From positions 32,001 to 96,000 of IMG/VR virus record IMGVR_UViG_3300000553_000005: a DNA stretch of 64,000 nt. One strand, 5' to 3'. The notes beneath the pieces were generated by a model that worked only from the letters and a program-made list of their open reading frames with translations, had not been told where the DNA came from and made no database searches. The stretch comes from a virus. Both the position numbers and the translations under genes were made by a program. Shown piece by piece: positions 30,496 through 36,108 of this stretch (positions within the stretch are counted from its first letter, which is position 1; each line of letters begins with the position of its first letter).

Positions 30496-30665
30496 TTTCT
30501 TTTTATCAGAAGATGTTAGAGAACCCTTGGCAGACGATTGAGATTGCTTCTATCATTATTCTTCTTGTCAATGTTCATTTTCTTCAAAAAAGGCTTCTGT
30601 TTATTGAGAGTTTGACCCATCAGCATCGTTCGGACCAACTCCTGATAGAAGAAAATCAAAAATAA
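30492..30665 (+). CDS. Small single-TM protein (57 aa; holin-like candidate; not in ORF track)
   Basis: ATGA overlap with the lysin stop codon; hydrophobic IEIASIIILLVNVHFL. Confidence 0.4.
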   Translation: MISFYQKMLENPWQTIEIASIIILLVNVHFLQKRLLFIESLTHQHRSDQLLIEENQK

Positions 30666-30668
30666 ACT

Positions 30669-30697
30669 GCCACAAATTTTCAGACTTTGAGTATAAT
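30669..30697 (+). promoter_or_regulatory. Promoter of the RNA-gene island
   Basis: GCCACAAA-N13-AGTATAAT. Confidence 0.7.
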
Positions 30698-30730
30698 ACA
30701 TACAGAGGGCAGCATCAGGGTGCAGCACTC

Positions 30731-30743
30731 ATTCCTTGACAAC
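30731..30743 (+). promoter_or_regulatory. boxA-like antitermination element (alternatively a TTGACA -35)
   Basis: ATTCCTTGACAAC about 30 nt after the predicted start of the tRNA/ncRNA transcript; resembles rrn leader boxA. Confidence 0.4.
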
Positions 30744-30797
30744 ATTATATGATAAGTGTAATAAATTTTGCTTGGTGCGCTAATTCGCACCTAAATC

Positions 30798-30930
30798 GCT
30801 GATGTTTTGCGTCTAGCTAAAGAGAGTCGCGTTCTCTAGCATTCACTAATTAGTCCACCCAACCGTAACTCCAGACTGCTCGACCTTCCCGGTTGAAGTA
30901 GGTGCATAAGTGGAGCTAGTGGATATCAGC
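30798..30930 (+). ncRNA. Unclassified structured RNA A (133 nt)
   Basis: Closing stem GCTGATGT/ATATCAGC; internal helices GCTA..GAGA/TCTC.TAGC, CTCCA/TGGAG, CGACC/GGTTG; no ORF. Confidence 0.5.
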
Positions 30931-30951
30931 ACATGACGGTGAATTTTTAAC

Positions 30952-31040
30952 TCTTACTGATTCCTGTAAGCAACAGGGTATGGTTCATTCGGTAGACCGG
31001 ATGCCAAAAGTTATGCAGACATAGGGCCTGTCCAGTAAGA
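30952..31040 (+). ncRNA. Unclassified structured RNA B (89 nt)
   Basis: Closing stem TCTTACTG/CAGTAAGA; hairpins CCTGT/ACAGG and CATTCGG/CCGGATG; ends 6 nt before a tRNA. Confidence 0.5.
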
Positions 31041-31046
31041 TTCCTC

Positions 31047-31132
31047 CCTCCCTTTGCCACACGGTGATGGCAGTGGCCTTTTAAGTCACCTTCCGTAAGG
31101 AATAGCGGGTTCAACTCCCGTGGGGAGGACCA
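31047..31132 (+). tRNA. Atypical tRNA, anticodon UUU (Lys) with long variable arm
   Basis: CCTCCCT/GGGGAGG-A-CCA; D stem GCCA/TGGC; GTGGC-CTTTTAA-GTCAC; V arm TTCC-GTAA-GGAA; GCGGG-TTCAACT-CCCGT. Confidence 0.75.
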
Positions 31133-31138
31133 TTCAAT

Positions 31139-31241
31139 GCGCCTATAGTTTAATGGTAGAACAGTTGGCCTATACCCAACCACCGAAAGGTAGCCGCTAG
31201 ATGTGCGGAGTGTCTTGGTTCAAATCCAGGTGGGCGTACCA
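31139..31241 (+). tRNA. tRNA-like RNA, anticodon loop CCUAUAC (UAU register, C33) with 33-nt two-hairpin variable region
   Basis: GCGCCTA/TGGGCGT-A-CCA; canonical D arm; GTTGG/CCAAC; ACC-GAAA-GGT and CCGC-TAGATGT-GCGG; CTTGG-TTCAAAT-CCAGG. Confidence 0.7.
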
Positions 31242-31293
31242 AAATAAGGAATCGAACTTCTAGACTTTCTGATTCATAATTAATGAGGTTCGT

Positions 31294-31866
31294 ATGCAAT
31301 GTAAAAAATGTGGGGCAGAGTTCACTCCAGGAAAAGGGCTAAAGAGCTTCTGTAGCTTAAAATGTAGAAATTCTCAAAATTTTAGTGAAGAGAGTAAAAA
31401 ACTCAAATCATTAAAAAATAAAGAGTTTCATGCTTCTTTAACTGAAGAGGAACTTGTAAGACTAAAAGATAAACTAGATAAAATGAGAGAAAAGAGAACC
31501 ACCAGATTTGATTACCTGTTTTCCAAAAAGTTTGAAGACTTGGCTTGGGATTCTAAAAGAGCCAGAGTTATTGTTGAACAAGAGTTGAAATGTAATAGAT
31601 GTAAGATTGATTCTTGGTTTGGCCTTCCAATTACTCTAGAAGTAGATCATAAAAATGGGAACAACAATGATGATTCAAGAGAAAATCTTGAGGGTCTGTG
31701 CCCAAACTGCCATAGTCAAACTCCAACTTGGAGAGGTAGGCATGAAAATAATAAACAAAAGAATCTTAAAATGATTAGAGTTCAGAAAGTTCTTGAAGAG
31801 ATCGTTGCTAGAGATAGTGACCCAGCAGCATTTTCCAGTACACAGCAGCACAAAAGCAAAAAGTGA
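31294..31866 (+). CDS. HNH homing endonuclease
   Basis: N-terminal CKKCG..FCSLKC; CNRC...LEVDHKNGNNNDDSRENLEGLCPNCHSQT. Confidence 0.9.
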   Translation: MQCKKCGAEFTPGKGLKSFCSLKCRNSQNFSEESKKLKSLKNKEFHASLTEEELVRLKDKLDKMREKRTTRFDYLFSKKFEDLAWDSKRARVIVEQELKCNRCKIDSWFGLPITLEVDHKNGNNNDDSRENLEGLCPNCHSQTPTWRGRHENNKQKNLKMIRVQKVLEEIVARDSDPAAFSSTQQHKSKK

Positions 31867-32533
31867 AGGAGAAACAACAGACCTCCCTTTTGTCGGGAAT
31901 AACGCCATGTTGTAAAGGTCAATGGCTTGCTTTTGTGAAACTGGACGAGAACTAGCGCGATAGCAAATGAGCAGGTTTGCGACCTAGCCGCTAGCTAGTC
32001 AGGAGCCTTCGCAAAGCCACCTGGAGCAACTCGTAAAACTCCAAAAAGTATCTTGGTGCTACACTGAGGGAGGCACGTTGTAAGCTCCCGGTCACAGGAA
32101 CTACGCTGCAAAATCCAAGACTCACCCTGGACAGGCATGAAGACCAGGGATGTAAATCAGGGTGCCATAACTCGTAAGGGCTGGCGATGAGAAAGGAAGT
32201 TGATAGATCGGCAACCACCCAAAAAAATCTAAGGTCGGATGTTTCAGTTGAGAGGCTGAAATGAGCAAAATGACAGTGGGGGAGAGGTCAACAAGACTCA
32301 AACGAGAACTCACCATCCGACTAACACGTTTCTTACTGGTCCCATTCACGGTAAGCTGGAGAAAACGGCTACTTGTTCCTGAAACGATAGGGAACTAACA
32401 ATCCAGAACCAAGCTGATTGATGCAAAGAAGTTGAATGGGTAATCGTAACGGATACTTGGGACGGAGAAAATGGGGGACCGTGATTACATGAAGCCCATA
32501 ACAGAGAAACCCAAGACAAATCTTTCCGCTACG
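31803..32533 (+). ncRNA. Large ornate structured RNA (~730 nt; ROOL/GOLLD-class candidate)
   Basis: GC-richer, no credible ORF, many helices: 31849-59/31927-37 (11 bp), 31817-22/32090-95, 32125-30/32144-49, 32234-41/32314-21, 32341-48/32433-40; GNRA-capped hairpins; within the tRNA cluster. Confidence 0.7.
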
Positions 32534-32578
32534 TTTATTTTTCTAAAAATTGGGTATTAACACACATAGGAGCAATAC

Positions 32579-32625
32579 ATGAGTCGTTTCACCTGAATAA
32601 CCTCCAACGCTTAACGTTTGGAGGT
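32579..32625 (+). promoter_or_regulatory. uORF MSRFT* plus RBS-sequestering hairpin
   Basis: AGGAG RBS, ATG 32579 to TGA 32596; hairpin ACCTCCAACG/CGTTTGGAGGT (32600-32625) buries the GGAGGT of the next gene. Confidence 0.55.
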
Positions 32626-32630
32626 GCCTT

Positions 32631-32768
32631 ATGGCCCAATCAGCAAAGCACAGCAAGTCTGTGCAAAAGATGTCCGATGAGCAGTTGCAGTCGGTCATCA
32701 GTAGTGGCTCTCTTCTTCACGCTGCGGCTCGTTTTGAGTTGCAGAGAAGGGGGGCTAGCAGGAAGTAA
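32631..32768 (+). CDS. Small basic protein (45 aa; not in ORF track)
   Basis: GGAGGT RBS; MAQSAKHSKSVQKMSDEQLQSVISSGSLLHAAARFELQRRGASRK*. Confidence 0.65.
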   Translation: MAQSAKHSKSVQKMSDEQLQSVISSGSLLHAAARFELQRRGASRK

Positions 32769-32774
32769 CACAAG

Positions 32775-32848
32775 TGGGGTGTAGGCTAATGGTAAACCAG
32801 AACCCTTTGAAGGTTCCCTTACAGGTTCAAGTCCTGTCGCCCTAACCA
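32775..32848 (+). tRNA. tRNA-Gln(UUG)
   Basis: TGGGGTG/CGCCCTA-A-CCA (U1-A72); GAACC-CTTTGAA-GGTTC; ACAGG-TTCAAGT-CCTGT. Confidence 0.9.
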
Positions 32849-32856
32849 TCAATGTC

Positions 32857-32972
32857 GCTGAGTTGTTGAATCCTGAAGGATTTGTATCTGCATCGCCTCA
32901 GTGGGATGAATGCTGTGAAAACATGATAAAAGGCATTGTGCATTCTCCCAATCGGTATATCCGATTCTCAGC
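32857..32972 (+). ncRNA. Unclassified structured RNA C (116 nt)
   Basis: Closing stem GCTGAG/CTCAGC; hairpins AATCC/GGATT, AATGC/GCATT, AATCGG/CCGATT. Confidence 0.5.
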
Positions 32973-33085
32973 AGCTCCATTTCTACCAAGATACCACCCC
33001 AAGTCTTACTAGACTGTTATAATGAAGGGGTTGGAACACGTTAATGGTGAACAGTTTCCAGCTTCCTGCTAAAAAGCTGGCTTAT

Positions 33086-33176
33086 GGCCCCATGGTGAAA
33101 TTGGTAGACACGTTGGCTTCAAATTCCAATGCGAAATAACAGTAGCGTCCCGGTTCGATTCCGGGTGGGGCTACCA
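33086..33176 (+). tRNA. tRNA-Leu(CAA)
   Basis: GGCCCCA/TGGGGCT-A-CCA; Leu-type D arm GTGAAATTGGTAGACAC; TTGGC-TTCAAAT-TCCAA (C31-U39 mismatch); long V region; CCCGG-TTCGATT-CCGGG. Confidence 0.8.
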
Positions 33177-33180
33177 ACAA

Positions 33181-33876
33181 TCATCTTTTCAAGTATTTTC
33201 TGATAGCATTATCAGACACCCCAAGCTCTTTGGCTAATGCTGTGAAGTTAGAAATTTTTAGTTTATTCAATATCTCTTCTTTTGAGGGCCATTGAATTTT
33301 TGGGGAAGTTGCTCTTGAACACAAAACGCAATTATTAGCTCTTGGGCTAATAATTTTTCCACAGACACACACTTTATGCACCTTTTGCTCTTTTGTCATT
33401 TTTATCATTTTTGGTGTCTTACGTTTATTTCTTCCAGCATGATTCACAGTTTGAGCATGACAGTTAGGGCAAATAATTCTGAGATTAGAAATAAGATTAT
33501 TCTGAGGGTTGCCATCTATATGATCTAATTCAAGGGGGGCCTCTTCTCCGTTCCATTCTGTAAGGTTACAAACAGAACACTCTCTTCTAAATATACCTTC
33601 CTGGAACAATCTATTTTTTAGTTTAAACGATTGAATGGTGAATTTATTAGATAAATAGTCTTGAATATCTCTTTTTGGTTCAAATTTTCTTCCCTTGCTC
33701 CAAAGTTGACCAGTGAAATGAGAGGTATCCACATTCCACTCTTCCACGGCTCTTTTGAATCCTAAGTAAGCTCCCCCGCTTCCTGCTAAATTTAAAGTTA
33801 GCAGCACTTGACGGATACTTAATGAGTTTGCTACAACTTCTTTAAATTGTTCTTCTGTATAGCTTCTTATTTTCAT
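33181..33876 (-). CDS. HNH homing endonuclease (opposite strand, inserted between tRNAs)
   Basis: CSVC...LELDHIDGNPQNNLISNLRIICPNCHAQT; C-terminal Zn ribbon and HTH (ALAKELGVSDNAIRK). Confidence 0.9.
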   Translation of the reverse strand: MKIRSYTEEQFKEVVANSLSIRQVLLTLNLAGSGGAYLGFKRAVEEWNVDTSHFTGQLWSKGRKFEPKRDIQDYLSNKFTIQSFKLKNRLFQEGIFRRECSVCNLTEWNGEEAPLELDHIDGNPQNNLISNLRIICPNCHAQTVNHAGRNKRKTPKMIKMTKEQKVHKVCVCGKIISPRANNCVLCSRATSPKIQWPSKEEILNKLKISNFTALAKELGVSDNAIRKYLKR

Positions 33877-33928
33877 GGTAAACCCTCCATATTACATTGG
33901 AAAGTTTGTTTACCTTTTCTTTTACAAC

Positions 33929-34046
33929 GCCCGAATAGCAGAATTGGCATATGCAATGGACTTATCGACTCCTCTAATGTAGGTGGATGGAGGTAGTCAC
34001 ACCCAAAATCCATGGTTTGCGGGTTCGACTCCCGCTTCGGGCACCA
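33929..34046 (+). tRNA. tRNA-Leu(UAA) interrupted by a 41-nt insertion in the anticodon (33964-34004)
   Basis: GCCCGAA/TTCGGGC-A-CCA; Leu-type D arm; ATGGA-CTT[41 nt]AAAA-TCCAT; GCGGG-TTCGACT-CCCGC. Confidence 0.75.
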
Positions 34047-34053
34047 ATTTCAA

Positions 34054-34138
34054 GGGTGAGTAGCTCAGAGAAAGAGCATCTAGTGGTGATTGAGTTCATC
34101 TTAGAAGGTCGGTGGTTCAAGTCCACCCTCATCCACCA
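34054..34138 (+). tRNA. tRNA-like RNA with Ala identity (G3.U70, A73), no G18G19, elongated anticodon arm
   Basis: GGGTGAG/CTCATCC-A-CCA; D loop AGAGAAA; TCTAG-[17 nt with GGTGA/TCATC stem]-TTAGA; GGTGG-TTCAAGT-CCACC. Confidence 0.7.
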
Positions 34139-34186
34139 ATTTTTGATATTTTCGACTTCTGATCTACTAGTAGAGGTCACTTTAAA

Positions 34187-34381
34187 ATGACTCAGATAAG
34201 AAGGTCAGTCGAAGAAAAAATGATAGCAAAAGCTCACTTAGAGTTTGAAAAAAGAATCACGTTTGCTGCTAAAGAAGCTATTCGTGTGCGTAGAGCTATG
34301 AAATTATGGGGAATCTTAACTACGATAGGTTCTCTTTGCAGCATTCTTCTTTTATTCTTGTATATTTTTAGTAAAAAATAA
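34187..34381 (+). CDS. Small protein with C-terminal TM helix
   Basis: GAGGT RBS; hydrophobic C-terminus. Confidence 0.6.
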   Translation: MTQIRRSVEEKMIAKAHLEFEKRITFAAKEAIRVRRAMKLWGILTTIGSLCSILLLFLYIFSKK

Positions 34382-34386
34382 ACAAA

Positions 34387-34504
34387 TTTGCGGGTCTTAA
34401 CTCAGAAATGAACAGAGACAGTCGTAACGTGTGGGCCAAGAGGGAAGCACCCTCTCCATCCCGGCAAAATTAGAAAGTCTAGCTAGCTTATCTAAACCCG
34501 CAAA
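34387..34504 (+). ncRNA. Unclassified structured RNA D (118 nt)
   Basis: 9-bp closing stem TTTGCGGGT/ACCCGCAAA; internal AGAGGG/CCCTCT hairpin. Confidence 0.45.
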
Positions 34505-34535
34505 CTTTTCAGTATTAACGCTTATAGGAGAAGGA

Positions 34536-35051
34536 ATGCCAACCAAGGATTTCATTCAAGCAGTGAATACTGAATATGCTAAGAGACAATCTTTCTCTCG
34601 TAAAAAATTGGAGAAACCATACAGTTACAGATTCTGGTACCCAATTTTCCCATCTAGCTGGCGTTTGTTTTGCTCTCGCTGGTGGTTACATTGGTTCACT
34701 CTTCATAATTATACACAGTTCTTCTCTATCAAATGGCAGAGAATGACCAGAGGCTACGCCGATGTGGATCTCTGGAACATGAACGACACATTGGCCTATC
34801 TTCTTCATGAGATGGCTGCTGATTTTACGGAAACCCATCACGGTTGTCCTTTCGGAACTACTTCTGAAGAATACCAGGAGCAACTGATTGTTATGGTTAG
34901 TGGTTTTGAAGCCATGTATGAGATGCTTTCAGAAGAAGGGATGCCTGACTACAACACTCCTGAATACAAAGTATGGATAGCTGACAAAGAGACTCGTTGG
35001 GAAGTTGGGATGAAGATCTTCAAAGAAGAATTTTCAGGACTGTGGGACTGA
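34536..35051 (+). CDS. Conserved hypothetical phage protein
   Basis: RGYADVDLWNM...HGCP...FSGLWD; start at ATG 34536 after AGGAG. Confidence 0.7.
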   Translation: MPTKDFIQAVNTEYAKRQSFSRKKLEKPYSYRFWYPIFPSSWRLFCSRWWLHWFTLHNYTQFFSIKWQRMTRGYADVDLWNMNDTLAYLLHEMAADFTETHHGCPFGTTSEEYQEQLIVMVSGFEAMYEMLSEEGMPDYNTPEYKVWIADKETRWEVGMKIFKEEFSGLWD

Positions 35052-35071
35052 AAAATTTCTGAAAATAAGTT

Positions 35072-35100
35072 GCCACAAAACTCTTAGAACACGGTATAAT
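35072..35100 (+). promoter_or_regulatory. Promoter motif RCYACAAA-N13-RGTATAAT
   Basis: GCCACAAA-N13-GGTATAAT. Confidence 0.7.
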
Positions 35101-35146
35101 AAAGTATGACAACGAGGCCGATGCCTCTAACTTAAAGGAGCCAACA

Positions 35147-35527
35147 ATGGCGAAGCGTTTTCTTATCAACGGTGTGGAAGTCCTGGCTGAAGATCTTGGC
35201 AGTGGGAAGTGGTGTGCGGTCCCGGTGGATCTCCCTGGCACTATTCTCAAGGTGCTGAGTGGGAAGATCAACATCAATGATTTCCTCAACCCCAGCAATC
35301 TCAACATCCAGCCTCTTGGGGACAAGGAAGAGGCCCAGGATGAGTGTGAGGGTTGCGCGTGTGAACAGGAGGCCCCGGCTCGTAGCAAGTCTAGCAAGAC
35401 CGTGCGCGAGTATCGCAAGGCCGAAGGTATGAACAAGACCGAGATGGCTGATTATCTGGGTGTCAGTCGCCGCACTCTTGGCCGCTGGGAAGATGCTGGC
35501 AAGCTGGCCTCTGAGGTCGGTCTGTAA
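35147..35527 (+). CDS. XRE-type HTH DNA-binding protein
   Basis: VREYRKAEGMNKTEMADYLGVSRRTLGRWE; AAGGAG RBS; visibly GC-richer than neighbours. Confidence 0.8.
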   Translation: MAKRFLINGVEVLAEDLGSGKWCAVPVDLPGTILKVLSGKININDFLNPSNLNIQPLGDKEEAQDECEGCACEQEAPARSKSSKTVREYRKAEGMNKTEMADYLGVSRRTLGRWEDAGKLASEVGL

Positions 35528-35534
35528 GTAGAAC

Positions 35535-35617
35535 TTCAGTGCTAGGGGCAAGAGGGACGCAAGAGTAGCGCTTGGCTGCGTCCTTCTGGAACGGCAAGTG
35601 CAAATCCGTCAACTGAA
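35535..35617 (+). ncRNA. Unclassified structured RNA E / structured 3' UTR (83 nt)
   Basis: TTCAGT/ACTGAA closing stem; 11-bp hairpin 35551-61/35577-87; ACGG/CCGT hairpin with GTGCAAAT loop. Confidence 0.4.
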
Positions 35618-35621
35618 CTTC

Positions 35622-35648
35622 AAGACCCCAGGAAACTGGGGTCTTTTT
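35622..35648 (+). terminator. Intrinsic terminator
   Basis: AGACCCCAG-GAAA-CTGGGGTCT-TTTT. Confidence 0.85.
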
Positions 35649-35684
35649 GTAGTATTAAGCATAGAGGCTAATATGGAGGAGAGT

Positions 35685-35867
35685 ATGGAGATTATTAAAA
35701 AAGGAAAATTGCCAGATGACATCGCCTATAAGGGTGAATGCCACTACTGCGGCACCATAGTTCGCTTCAAACGTTCTGAGGGTCATGTGGTATATGACCA
35801 AAGAGATGGTAACTCTGTCTCTGTCTGCTGCCCCCTCTGCCACAACAATATTTACGTAAGCCTTTAA
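35685..35867 (+). CDS. Small Zn-ribbon protein
   Basis: GGAGGA RBS; CHYC...CPLC. Confidence 0.65.
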   Translation: MEIIKKGKLPDDIAYKGECHYCGTIVRFKRSEGHVVYDQRDGNSVSVCCPLCHNNIYVSL

Positions 35868-35877
35868 AGGAGAGAAA

Positions 35878-36108
35878 ATGTTAAGTCTTGAATCAGTCAT
35901 GAAACGAACCGAAATTGAGTATGAAAAGGTCACTGGGGTAAAAGGAGTTCATTCTGAGCAAATAAAGGCCCTTGCTGCCGCTCTGGTAGGTGAAATCAAC
36001 ATAGAGCTTCAAGGTATTCACGATAGTCTTACCGGGGCTTACAAGCTAGCCAGGAAGCTAGATGGTGAGATAGCTGGTTCTGTTAGAATCATAGGGGGAA
36101 GACATTAA
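35878..36108 (+). CDS. Hypothetical protein
   Basis: AAGGAG RBS; tightly packed with neighbours. Confidence 0.6.
   Translation: MLSLESVMKRTEIEYEKVTGVKGVHSEQIKALAAALVGEINIELQGIHDSLTGAYKLARKLDGEIAGSVRIIGGRH

Noticed and set aside
31803-32533. Group I/II intron, RNase P or tmRNA identity for the large RNA
   Set aside because: No interrupted host gene, no domain V, no GAGGAAAGUCC, and no tRNA-like CCA end with T arm.
32857-32980. Resemblance to the c-di-AMP (ydaO) riboswitch (GAATCC, TGGGATGAAT, TCAGC)
   Set aside because: It lacks the conserved GCGGGGGA/ACCC-type segment and lies between tRNAs rather than in an mRNA leader; cmscan would be needed to exclude it fully.
33086-33176. Reading the anticodon loop as CU-UCA-AA (Sec/opal suppressor)
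   Set aside because: D-arm register and four Watson-Crick pairs place the loop at UU-CAA-AU. The UCA register leaves the stem unpaired, and the body is Leu-type.
30947-34190. Short ORFs in the track overlapping tRNAs/ncRNAs (30947, 31675, 31991, 32122, 32640, 33974, 33987)
   Set aside because: They overlap RNA genes or better-supported ORFs, mostly lack an RBS, and have no protein motifs.
35541-35560. TPP-riboswitch-like start (CTAGGGG)
   Set aside because: No CUGAGA or downstream TPP core, and it lies 3' of a gene, before a terminator.
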